Origin: Phoronis australis
Lineage: Eukaryota > Animalia > Phoronida
DNA length: 64,000 nucleotides
Direction of reading: 5' to 3'
NCBI GenBank assembly: GCA_002633005.1
Contig: NMRA01000013.1
Location: forward strand, 606,297 to 670,296
Positions 12,901 to 25,400 of this stretch are shown piece by piece. Positions within the stretch are counted from its first letter, which is position 1. Each line of letters starts with the position of its first letter. The position numbers and the translations under genes were made by a program. The notes under the pieces were generated by a model. The model searched no databases, had not been told where the DNA came from, and saw only the letters and a program-made list of their open reading frames with translations.

Positions 12901-15793
12901 CTACGAAAGGGCCTATTGATAACAACTACCTGTTTGTGGAAACATTTTTTCCTAACTACTTCAGACACTGTCGACTATAAAAACTAAATCCGTAATTGAA
13001 ACTTAACTTTTTCATTGTTCAAACGACAAAAATCGGATCACTGCAAAAGGAAAAAATAAATACGGCACATATTGCAACTGCTGTTCCTTTGTTGATGTCC
13101 CTACTTCCATTGCTGCCTGACCAACTCAATGGGTCCATTGGACTCCTGTACACCATCGCTTATCAGAGGGATCTTAACACTCCCTAAGAATGCAGTGAAA
13201 TTTGAATAAGGGATCTCCTCATGCATGTGTGCAGTGGTGATGATAGAAATTAACTACAAGTACTGAATTACCAGAGTGTGATTGCTGGTAAGAGTCACTT
13301 CAGTGAAAAACCATGAAATTACAGGCTTCTATGGCAAAAAGAGCAAACAGCATGGGGAGAGGCTCAGTGCAATTTTCAAGGTTCAATGCTCAGTCATTCT
13401 TGATAACTAAGCAGAACAATATTTGGTGTTCTGGCAGATTCTCTCTGGTTTGATTACAATGTGACATGAGCCCTGGCTTGTGGTTAAATCAAACAAAACA
13501 TTGCTGTCAGCAGAATCCCTGGCACTTACTTATGATAAAATCTCATTAACTGGTATTGACAATAAGAGTACATTTTGCCTATTCATACTTATTTGCACAC
13601 AAAGCTGAGTAATAGATCATGGTTAAGACAGAAAAGAAACAATCAAACACATTTCTTCCAAGGACAATTAACATCTTTCACTCCGTTAACATCCATCATT
13701 GCCCTTATAACCTGGAAATATGTCCGGAAATATGTCCGTTAAACTATTTTTAGATGTATATATTGTAATCCTACTTACCCACGCATAAACTGTCATCAAT
13801 GCAAGCTTGTATTAACCAATACTTATGATTAGACATCTGGATATATGCAAAACCAACTGAACTGAAGACTTCCAGTCTGATAGTGGAGCAGGTAAGTAAA
13901 GTTTTTTGGAAAGAGAGAAATTAACACCATAACTAGTGTAACACTTGAATGATCAAACGAATGCTGAACTACCAAGTGGTCAATGACGTCTTGAACAACA
14001 GAATAGTGCGGCTCCTACTAAAAACATTTTTCAAAGGCTGATTATTTTATGGCAAAATATAGGAATTTAAGCAAATGTCACTTTACGGCATCATAACACT
14101 ACAATCCCCCCTTGTAATAGACTTAAACGTTCTTAATCGTTACTTTTGCGCATAACTTGATCCTGCATCAGAATTGGGTAATCATAAAAAATATTTCAGG
14201 AATTACTCATTTTTTTAGGAAACAATCTGTGTCTTATACTAGTAGACACATCTTGGCAACAACCATAACAACACTCAGTTTCTGCAAGTCTGTGCAATTT
14301 CACTTGTTTATTTTTAAAACCACTTGCCTGTAATCACACACCAGCACAAACACTTAATGCCTGGGAACATAAGGGCAGTCAGTCATTAGGTCACTGAGTT
14401 TGTTCCTTAGTCAAAATTGGGGGTCATTTTCAGGGCTTCAAAGGGACTGTGTTTGTTATTGTCCGAGACCAGGCCCAACACAAAGTTGAGTTGTCAGGAG
14501 TGTCACTTGGAGGTGTCACTTGGGAGTCTCACTTGGTATACTTAACATAGTCTCAACTGTAACTAAACAAGTGAAGCCCATGTTCACAGCGAAAACTTAA
14601 GAGACTAGATCTAAAGTTAGCCTCTTGAACACTGACACAGTTGTTGAGCTGTTTGACACAAGACATTCACAGTGCCTTTACAAATTTCATGACCAAGCAG
14701 CACAGATAATGCCTGTATTCACTGGCTAATGAAGGGTGACAGTTTCCGAAGCACAAATGTTCACAACACCCCAATGATAGGCAGCGACACTCCTCGTCCC
14801 CCTTTAGTTTATTGGGATTACCAGTAAAAAACGCAGCATCGGGTTTTGAAATTTTGTTCAATTCCTTTTACCTCTGAAAGTTTTGCCTTGAAGGAATTAC
14901 CAGTACGGTGTAAGTATAATGATAGGCAGCTGTCAGCATAATTTTGACACTAATAATATCAATTTCACCTAGCAAAATAAAGTATGTAACATTAACATTC
15001 AAATACCTAACTATCATCAAGAGTGCAGTCAGACAAGTAATTTGTGTATTTGCAAATACACAAAATTCCTCTTGCTTTTGCATAATAGGAATACCTTGAT
15101 CATTTACTTCCACAATGTGTAATACACATAACTTATTATTTGGTCATACAACAGGCTTGGCTTATCCTAGCTGGATGCCCTGCATGACCAGGCAATTTTT
15201 GTTTGGGTTGTGGTGCCACCTATCAGTTATAACGATTTGTTCAGCCACTAAAGTTTAGTATCGTTTTCAGTTATTCCAACATCAAGTGTCTGGTTCAATA
15301 TAGTATTTTATTCACTTATAATTGTGTGTTTCTGATTCCTACATTGGTGGCCTCGATAGTAGTACTGGTTGTTGATTTTTACCCTGACACACCACCAGAG
15401 CTTCCAAAAGCCAGCCATCTGATAGCGGTCTGACTATCAGCTGATATGGCCATTCTTACAAATTTATCAGATTCATCGCCATTGGAATCTTCATGTTCTG
15501 CAGCATGTGACATTGTTGTGTCACGCAGGTAACTGAAGCACGTGCTGTTCTGACAACTATATCAAAAGAAAACATTGACATTTGAGCTGTCCTATTCCTA
15601 ATATGAAGGAGGTATATCTGTGTGTCTGAATATGTCCACATGTTGATAATGATTTGAACAAATGTGAAGGACAAGATATGCAGTTGTGTTAGCACTCAAT
15701 TTTTGGTTTACCCAATGAAACAATCAATTACTCATTGGATAGTGAAGGTAGACCACCATAAAAATAAAGAAATGTCCAGAAATTAGGTATATT

Positions 15794-16031
15794 AAAAAAA
15801 AATAATTGCAGGCGGTCTGATACACGTTGTACCAGACGTGCACAGGCCTCGCATATGGGCCCATTGCACTGATCACCTGGAGCTATTTTTATGCTAAATT
15901 ATTAATAAATGGTTCAAGCTGAGGAGCTAGAAACCTCGCTCAAGGTTTTAGCAGTGTGACCTGGTGGGACTCGAACCCACGACCTCGAGTAAAGAAAGCG
16001 GCACTTATCAAGCAGGCCACACTGCCTCCTC
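15794..16031 (-). mobile_element. tRNA-derived SINE, copy 1
   Basis: The minus strand reads GAGGAGGCAGTG-TGGCCTGCTTGA (A-box-like)...GGTTCGAGTCC (B box), then a unique body, a terminal hairpin and a T9 run. A near-identical copy lies at 57306-57546. Confidence 0.85.
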
Positions 16032-16639
16032 TTAATTAGGGCCCCACTTGAATGTTCATGCATTTCCTCACTGCTATACTTCCTTTCTGCAACCACGAAG
16101 TTGATCCATGTGACAAAGATAGGCTTCACACAAAGGGTGCCACCTATCAGCATCAGCATCTTGAAAGTTCAACCCCGAAAATGTTCCCACTCATTTGGCA
16201 CTTCATGCGACACTCAAATTAAATTATTTACAAATGCTATCGATTTTTTATATTAATAAATTTTAAGATAAACTTTAATATAGTCATTTGGCAACTACAA
16301 GAGTTCTTCTCTCGGCAGTTATCTGGTCATAGAGGGTTTTTAGATCTTCAATGAAAATACTAAGCAACTGAGTTTAAATACAAAATTATAGCACTGGGTG
16401 TGATAGACATGTGAGTGAAAATGGCAATAACTGAAATTCTAATGGCTTAAAAGCAAGCATTACCAAACTCAAAAACTCTCTCGGTTGTTTTATAGGAATG
16501 CAAAAGAGAAACATTAGTCTTAAAATGGAATGTGCACGCTAATTCGTTATCTCCATAATTGCTTGGTCAAATTAGTTAGAAACATAACGTATACCGTAAC
16601 GACAATGCGCATAATGAAGAACATTGAAAAATTGACAAA

Positions 16640-16892
16640 TGTTTTCAAGAGCGAGTTTTGTGTCATAAATGATCCGCCCTAAATGGCTCAATCGTATCCA
16701 GAAGTATCATGGCATGGTGTTGGGAGGGGTTATGTGAACTCACAAGGTACGTCATTAGTGCAAAGGTCACCTATTTGCAGAATTTTTTGTTTTCTCATTT
16801 ACAAGTTGTCAGTGAATACAACTGCACCTTGTTTAGCATAGATTATGTTCAAACAGCATTGTCGTTTAGTTCCTGTTATACATTAGCATAGT
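16640..16892. repeat. dispersed repeat, inverted copy at ~33874-34110
   Basis: cgtcattagtgcaaaggtcacctatttgcagaatttttt and gcattgtcgtttagttcctg match the reverse complement of 33874-34110. Confidence 0.85.
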
Positions 16893-17393
16893 GAAGTGAT
16901 TTTGACAGGATAATTTATGGCAACTTTCAAAAGCACTGACTTGCAAAAGAGAAATCACTGGCCACAAACACTGAAACCAAAATCCCAGAAAATATGTCTG
17001 TGTTTGCAAACCGAGGGGGCTGTTCATAGTGGAATATTCCTAGTGTTCAGTGCTTTGAGGAGGTTGGCCCTCATTAAAGTCTTTCTGATGACACTTTTAA
17101 GCCACAAACTTTGTCTAACACTCTACCCAGCTTGATTTACAATTATAACAGTTTAACCTTCATGCAAGAACGTCTTTGAAAAGCTTCCCAAAATAGCCAT
17201 TAAGAAATGCGATAATTTGTGATGTCCTAACATTCTTTAGCACTAGCGCAATACCAAGTCCTGTTTTATGAAACATGGCTACTGATGCTGGCATAATCCA
17301 TCAAGATCATAACCGTCGCTGTCGCCATCGCCATCATCATCATCATCATTGTAGTCCTAGCTGTTGCAGTTGATACTGCTTTTGTTATTGTTG

Positions 17394-18936
17394 TTATGTG
17401 CCCACATATTTACATGTGGACGCATTATGCCGTCATCTCCGTCCGGGTGGCATCCGTCTGGCATCTGCTGCTCTATCTCCAAAACCCTTTGACATACGTT
17501 CGCGAATGGGACGGCATGAGCGAACTTTCGAACGGATCGGACTACCGGTGTGCTCTCTAGTGGCAATTTTAGTTTTTTTACGCTTACCTTTGTATCTTCA
17601 AAAGTCCTGAATGGATTTTCATGAAATTTGGTATGTAGGCACCTATTAGTGAGATAACACTATCCACCTGTTTTTGGATGGATTCGACATAGTTTGCGCC
17701 ACCTAGTGGCCATTTTTACTGTTTTCGAGTTTTTTTGCGTCCACCCCTCTATCAACCAAACCGCTCAAAGGGTAACTGTGAAAATTGGCAAGTATGTGCT
17801 TACTATAAAGAGGAAGGTTGACGAGGATTTTCTGACGACTTCGACTACTGTGGCACCTCCTAGTGGCAGTTTTGAAATTTTTGCGCCTATGGCTGTATCT
17901 CCTAAACCGTTCGCAGGGTCTTTACAAAATGTAGTAAGTATATTTATATAATGTTAACAACAAACGATGACGAATTTTGGACAGATCGGACTACCGGTGT
18001 GTCCCCTAGTGGCAATTTTATTTTTTCACGTTTACCTTTGTATCTTAACGGATTTTCATGAAAATTAATATGTAGGCACCTATTAGTGAGATGACGCTAT
18101 CCTCCCGTTTTCGGATGGATTCAACGTAGTTTGCACCACCTAGTGGCCATTTTTACTGTTTTCGAGTCTGTTTTTTGCGTCCACCCCTCTATCAACCAAA
18201 CCGCTCAAAGGGTAATTGTGAAAATTGGCATGACTATAAAGAGGACGGTTGACGATGATTTTCCGACAATTTTGACTGCATCTCCTAAACCGTTCGCAGG
18301 ATCTTCACTTAATTTAGTAAGTGTATTTATGTGATGTTGACTACGGATGACGACGACTTTCAGACAGATTTGACTACTGCTGTGCCCCCTAGTGCCAATT
18401 TTAGTTCTTTACGTTTAACTCAGTATCTTCAACAGATCCTCAACAGATTTTCATAAAATTTTAAATATATGCATCTATTGGTATGATGTTATCTGCCTGT
18501 TTCTGGATTGGAATTGAGGTACTTTGCACCACCTAGTGGCCACTTTTATCCCTGTATCAACCAAATCATTTGAAAATTGGCATATATGTTCTCAGTGTGA
18601 AGACGACCTTTGATGATGGTGACTGATTACTGTGGCGCCTCCTACTGGTAGTTTTGTTTTGCGCCCATAGTTGTATCTCTTAAACCCACTGAAGGTAGGC
18701 TTATCCAACGGACACTGTGCCCACTAGTGGCAATTTCATTTTATTCTGTTTTCCTTAGTTTCTCTGAAGTTCCTTGACAGATTTTTATGAAATATGGCAT
18801 GTTCCTGTTTTTGGATGGATCGTATTTTTTGCGCCATCTAGTGGCCATTTTTATGATACAAATAAAGAACCCTAAAAGCACACCATTTGCAATGTATTCG
18901 TGGGCGCATTTCAACGCTCCGCGTTGCTCTAATGTT
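17394..18936 (+). mobile_element. DINE-1/HINE-like (Helentron-type) non-autonomous element with internal tandem array, copy 1
   Basis: 5' subTIR plus inverted repeat (atgtgcccacatatttacatgtggacgcat), a GTCC-like tract, and an internal ~450-bp unit (gatcggactaccggtgtg at ~17535 and ~17984). 3' subTIR gtgggcgcat at 18900-18909, hairpin caacgctccgcgttg at 18912-18926, T-rich flanks. Confidence 0.8.
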
Positions 18937-20376
18937 CAGTTTGTTTTCATCCTAATAACTTTCAAGCTCACATGCTTATCATTCTCTGAATAAAACTAAT
19001 ATCCAGGGATGTACATTCTGAACATGAAGGTTAATGAAGTAAAACAAATGTCATACGATTGATAATAATTTGTCAATAGGATCACTCTCAGGTCAGGCTC
19101 CATACATGTGAATGACTACATCCCTACCAGAAGAACAATATAAACAACACGACCAAATTTCGTTCGATAAATATTTTAGTTCAACCAAATGACTAGAAGC
19201 CTCCATCAAGGTACAGGTTTTATTTTTAGTGTTTGAACTCAAGATAAGCGTCTATTATTCCTTGCTTGAGTACATTATGGTTATGCAACAGGGTCTCTAG
19301 TTTGCACCTGATGAGCCCTAAAATCGATCTACTAATCCAACTGAAAACAGAGATTTCGAGTAAAACCTTGGAATTTGGAGTCAACACTCAAAGTTGAGTC
19401 TTATTGCTATGGTCATCAAGTACACTAGCCATTATGTACTTGAGCATAGAATAATAGACACTTATCTTGAGTTGGCATAAATGTAGAATAGAAAAGCCAA
19501 AAATATTTCTAAGTTCAATTTCAAGTAAAATGATTAGATACCAGGGCCAGAAAACAGTGATTGCTAATAAAATCACATAAACAACAACTTGTTGAAGTTG
19601 TTTAGCTATGACCAAAGCTATACAAAATAGCTTTCATAAAAGCTAACTTTCAACAAGTCTATCCCACTCAGCAATAATCCCAAAATACATTTCTTAAGGC
19701 CCGAAAATCGAGTTTTTCCCTTTAATAAAGATACAATCCAATATGCAAGGGTACATGACTGCTATTAATGCCCATTTGGTAGTTGGTGAACAACAATACA
19801 CTACTTTTAGCTATTCTGGCAAGGTTCTTGTCATCCCACTTGAAGTTTACCATCTGTTCAAGATTACTGGCAGTTATCATTGGATGTATATGGAAACTTG
19901 AACACCTCATGACAATAACAGCATAGAAAACACAGGTAAAATGTCAATACAGGTATTAGGAGAGGCATTTTCCAGAATTCACCATTAGAGAGGTTTTGTT
20001 CATGACCCGGAATATTAAATCGAAGAAAAATGCTTTAAGTTCTGAAATTTATCAAAGATGACATATGTGGGAATACTGTGAAATTTAGGCCATGACCTAT
20101 GGGTAGGTGTGTGTATATGCTTTTGTGTGTGTGTGAGATTATCATTTCAAATCCTAGCTAGAAATTGACCTGGACAAATGATTATCCTGATACTGTTAAT
20201 TTTCACTATTTATCATGCCCTGGTTAATTTGTTTTTGTTCTGGGTTGAGCACAAGCAGGGCACATGCTTCAAGAGTTATAAGAAAAATGTGGGATTTTTC
20301 ACATAGATTGCTGGATTTCTGATATAGGCATTGAGGCACTCTAGTGGGTTCACTATTTTGGTCAGCTTTGATCAAT

Positions 20377-20470
20377 ATATCTTAGAAATGGCCGTTCCGA
20401 TTCACATGACACGTTCATGTACTATGATTTATGTACTGTTCTGCAAAACGTTGATAGAAATTATTTTTAA
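20377..20470. repeat. dispersed repeat, inverted copy at ~58380-58475
   Basis: atatcttagaaatggccgttccgattcacatg matches the reverse complement of the 58440-58472 region. Confidence 0.65.
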
Positions 20471-21399
20471 AATGTTCCACGAGAGGCTATCAAGAAAGGA
20501 CTAACATAATTAAAACAACTTTAAAGATGGACAAAACAAAAACAAAACGATAATTTAAAAAACTATAATGAGTTTTTTTTGACATTTTCTCTCGAACATT
20601 TATATCATACGAAATTTGCTCATGTTACTGATCCTGTTGTTTTGCTATGAATACGCTTTTCATTTTATTAAATTTTTCTAAAATGTCTTGTTGATAAGGT
20701 CCTACATAACCTGGCTTAAAAGGAAAACCCTGTTTTGACAACTTCACCCAAACCTCCCTCAGTCACCTGCTTATCACCAAAGTCCCACTTGAATATTAAA
20801 AGTTGGATTCAAGTATAAATTCATATTCTCCGAGTCATAAATTGCATATGTATCTTGGTGGGTGGTCTTTTCCTGCAGTTATGGTATGTAACTCCTTAAA
20901 GCTTAGGCCACGCTTGCCGGTTTAGCATGCAATGTAAAGAGTTTTCAAATTTGCTCCAAAAAGTTGAGAGTTGCAGAGGGGTTACTGCACACTGTTTTGT
21001 TTCAGAAAACTGGGTAGGAAAGCCGTTTTCAATATCTGTTAGTAAGCCAAAACATCGTTAGGTATCCCTTTAAAGAAAGCCTACACATCCTTGATTCTAA
21101 AGTATTTTTCTCTTTGCATAACAATTATAGTACTTCCACTAAACTTTGTTGAGTCGCTGATGGTTTTGGCATTTTGAGGGTAACAGAAGTAGAAACTCAT
21201 CATGGTAAAGAATATTCTGAGACTGATTATATGAGGGAGAACGGCCGAAGCAGACTTTCATTTTTAGCCAACTAAAGAAGGCGAGGCGGTGGTTCAAGAT
21301 AACTTCATAATCTCAGCAACAAATAATGAAGTGATTACATATTGCGTACCAGTTGCGCATTAAACAATGCTGGAAACAACACAGAAATCGCTTTTTGAA

Positions 21400-21600
21400 A
21401 GCACCCAGTCATTCATCACACGTGGGTGCATTAATACGCGTAATCTTCGACAGTACATCCCGCGATTACTGCTGCATCTCATAAATCCTTTAACGGATAT
21501 TAATGAGATTTGGTGCTGACGATTAATGAAGATCAAGTTCCAAACCGATCCACCTGAGGGTGCATCGTAGGGACAATCTTGATTTATTACATTTCCAGCT
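21400..21600 (+). pseudogene. possible decayed BEL/Pao reverse-transcriptase fragment
   Basis: With frameshifts and stops the + strand gives HPVI ... IRVIFD ... ILMRF ... DLLHF, in the order of the BEL/Pao motifs HHPV, RVVFD, LLRF and LRFLW. Confidence 0.35.
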
Positions 21601-21649
21601 GGAGTTCCTTTATGCATTTTCTTAAAATTGGCAAATAGATTTGATATTA

Positions 21650-21962
21650 TCTATGCCACCCAGTGGCAATTTTTAATATTTCGGCGCCCGCCTGTCTATC
21701 CGCCAAACACAACCCTCACAAGATCTACGAATTTTCCTATGAATGTGATAATGGGTAATAACTCTTGGATGATTCTGACTTCTGTTTCATACCACAGTGG
21801 CAATTTTTTTTGCTTTTACCTCTGTATGTTCAGAATTCCTAGTTGGATTTTCATAAAATTCGGCAAATAGGTTTCTACTATGGAGACAACAACGCCTTTT
21901 CATTTTCAACAGGTTTGATGTATTCAGCACCATCTAGTGGCCATTTTTGTTTTTGAATCTGT
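21650..21962 (+). repeat. diverged fragment of the HINE-like internal array
   Basis: gccacccagtggcaatttt, ccacagtggcaatttt and caccatctagtggccatttttg at ~140-bp spacing, with the ggattttcataaaatt spacer motif. Confidence 0.75.
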
Positions 21963-22209
21963 AATCTTCTGAAATCTGGTAATTGAATTACCATGAGCGC
22001 GACAATGGATAACTATTTTTGATAGATACGACTACCGCTTTGTCTGTTAAGGGTAATTAATTTTTTAATACACGTTTGCCTCTGTATCTTCGGCTTTCCT
22101 TTACATATTTTATGAAATTTAACAAAATGGTTTTTATTAAGGAACACAATGCCTTTCCATTTAGCACTTTCACATATGTCAGAATGTTTAGGTGTAGGCA
22201 ACAGCCTGC

Positions 22210-22447
22210 CCCTGCAGGTGGCGCAATGAATACTTGGAATAGCTGAATTAGTTGAAATGCCTGTTTGGTGTCACTAAGCCTGTTGATGCTGCCATGTATA
22301 TTATCTACCTGTCTGCAGGTGGCGCAACAATTAGCAGGAATAGTAGAATTAGTTGATTTAAGTTGAATCCAACTAATCCCAATTTACTTCAATCTATCCA
22401 GCTCTGATCTATTCAACTAAGTCTACCAATTGTAGTGCCATCTGAAG
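22210..22447. repeat. two direct ~45-bp units 103 bp apart plus an inverted partial copy
   Basis: ctgcaggtggcgcaa...ggaatag...gaattagttga occurs twice; ttcaactaa...gtgccatctgaag is an inverted version. Confidence 0.7.
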
Positions 22448-25400
22448 CAGTACTGACATTGGAGATGACAAGCAAGGATTTCTTCCTAAAAGAAATGTGT
22501 TACAAATTAGAGCAAAACAATTTAATAAATTTTTTTTTTATCAATATTTCAATGGGGAGGGATGTGTTCACCTTAATATATTCATCATGGTAGATAAATG
22601 GCATGCGAGTAGTGGTGTGGAACAACTGATTTAAGGGTAATGCTTAACTACAACTAAGATTGATATCTAGATTTGAGAACCATGGTCATCTGTTGAAAGT
22701 GTAATGGAAAGATTTAAAACAGACCTTAGATTTTAAGTTGTGAGCTAAATAGGTTAATACTTACCTATAAATGCTCGTTTAGTACATAAGTTACTACCAT
22801 CATTTCAACTTGAGATTTTTAGAAATCAAGGGCTTAAGTCTGCTATTGCATGCGCACAGCCTGGAAGGCTTTTTAAAGTGGCAAGTAATTAAGAACAAAA
22901 GGCAGATCACTAGATCTTACAAAACAAAGAACTCTCAATGGTATAACNTATCAATATCAACCACCCCTATTTTGTATAAAGTGATATTTGTAAATATTCT
23001 TCTATGGGTAGAGAGGTACCTGAAGTTTTTTAATTCAGGATTTATTGGGAGGCTGGAGGGTAAAAAATGAATTTCTCTAATTTCTTTTTCATTATAAGAA
23101 TTACTTAACTGCACTAAGTGTCGGGTTTTTGTGCAAAAGTATGTATAGCACAATTTTTAAACCAATCTTTACTACAACTGCTATAATTAATTAAACGAAA
23201 GTTGTTACAACCAATAGATCTTGGTTCTAGTTTATATTTTACCACAGGAATAAGAATTCGTTCATTCATTTCAGAAATTTTGATGGACCTAATTAATTAA
23301 GTAGGTGTCACTATTTACCACTTTTGTGGTAAGTCTGCGGCTCATGGAAGTTACGTTAGCACACATTTGTTCTTCACATGTGCAGTGTTTCTACGCAAAT
23401 GAACTCAGGCACACCCAGTTGCAAGAATCCTATTTACAGCAAGATAACAATTGTTTTAATTATTGGAATCCACTAAGAAAACATAGCTTAATGGCCATAA
23501 ACAGGAAAGGTAAACAAGCAATAACAAGTTTGGTCATGTAATTTTACATGTGGCCAGCGTGAAACTGCTGTGGTAAGGCCAATTGACATTGAAACTTAAT
23601 CTAAAATTAGTTTTGAAAGAGGAAAATGGCTAAATTACTAGCAATCATGACAAATCTCACGTACAAACTATGTATGCTAAACCTCTGAAAAAGTAAAGAA
23701 ACACAGACTTGTATACCACCATGAAAGCTGCTTTCAAGTGTCCGACACAACAGTTTGAAGGCTTTTACTAACTAGAAAGAGTTGTAATCCCTAAATAACA
23801 AAGCTGAGCAAAACATTTAGGATGAAACCATAACATTTAATGATCTATTTTTGCTTTCAACACAAAAATTATATTAAATTTGATTTAAATTTAAATTTTT
23901 GGTACTATTAACTTATTTGTGTGTTCCCATTACTTTTTACTTTCTCGGGCAGGTATCAGCAGATAAGCACTATTCACAACTCAATGGTAACCTTGCGTAT
24001 CAACTTCTAGGTCAATTGCATGTTCTAATTTAGTAGAACCAAAGCATTCGATAGGCCACAAAAGACGCAAATCGAGCCTTTAACTGATTAGGCCTTGTTT
24101 TTGTTATGAAAAATCGCCAATTAGCCAAGCAAACAGATTAAGTGGTCATATAAGCAGTGCAGTCTGTCAGACAATTGGTATGGGCAGCCATCTCACAGAC
24201 TACTAGACGTCTCTATCATGCTTCCAACTAAGAAGTCTTCAGCATGGAAACAAAGTACTAGTAATGGTAGACAGGTATTCTGGAACTGGTAAGAAAATAA
24301 CTTCTACTGTAATTTTGCACAAGAAATAATTGCCAAAGTAGTAATTTTCCTTTTTTAGATAAAACTTTACCGTACATTATGGGAAATTTACCAAAAGTTG
24401 TTTTGTAGCACTTAAAAAACTAAGCTGGTATAAGACCAAAATTTTCTTAACCTTTATTTTTGTGGACAAATTGGGCATTAGATAGGACTTCACTTGTCGG
24501 ACATTCTGAGTGATAAAAAGGGAAAAATAACCAGTCAATTTGTAGAGGAAGTGATTCACATAGACACTTTTACTTGCATTTGCAACTTGGCTATCGTTAG
24601 TTAGGGAAGTTATTAAACTTGCTAGCAAGTGGAATGAACAATCGTTAAGTTTATCTAGTCAAAGAGAAGAACCTAGTCATACCTTTCAAGGTTAGACAGG
24701 TGCAGCAATTGTTATGTCAACTTGCTTCTTATACATTTTTCTAATCCTTTCCATAACCATTAAAATATGATAGAAATACAACATGGTCTTGGATTAAATG
24801 TCTTGAAACATTTATAGGACCATACTAAATCAGTAAGGGCATTTTGGTGAGCAGAACACATAAATATCCTTACTGCTACAATTGTTTCTTTTCTCAAGTC
24901 GCCAAATGGAAGTTAAGCCTACATCGAAATAAACTGTTTTGACATAGAAGCCAATCTTTAGGGCATTATATTGTAAGCATAACCTTATGGTCCAGTCTGT
25001 GCATTTAAGTCAAATGTCCACAAAACTATAGAGAACTTGAGGTTATCTAAAACTTTAAAAAGCAATCTCAACTCTAAGTCAAATACCAAAAAACTATGCT
25101 TTGCCAACCATTAAAAGTATTTATTGAGAAAGATCGAGAATTCTAAAAAATATGCTTCCTTCTACTGTGACTTTACTAGTGTCACACGGCCGCATTTTTA
25201 AGTCAAAGTTTCACGCGCAAGAAAGGTATAATCATAGTAAAATAACCCCCAGCCTATTTTACTAAAACTTTTTAAATGAAAACTACGTTATGTCTCAAAA
25301 ATGCTGTTAGGATTTTGCACAAAAACCTAACAGCGTTTTTGGGAGTTTTTGGCAATGCCCTGTTCACACCAAAGCAGATATAACTTTTAAAACTGATTTA

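Noticed and set aside
15950-16031. Functional tRNA gene
   Set aside because: Has A and B boxes but no clean cloverleaf or acceptor stem, and is fused to a repeated body with a TSD, so it is a SINE head.
17530-18850. CRISPR-like repeat-spacer array
   Set aside because: The spacers are homologous with a three-unit period, the repeats are degenerate, the context is eukaryotic and no cas genes are present.
17398-18993. Recurring short ORFs (MRHLVAIF... and similar, also at 36 kb and 54-56 kb)
   Set aside because: They are translations of the tandem array, with frames and stops inconsistent between copies.
19308-19330. CTGATGAG hammerhead core
   Set aside because: No complementary stem II strand or correctly placed GAAA follows.
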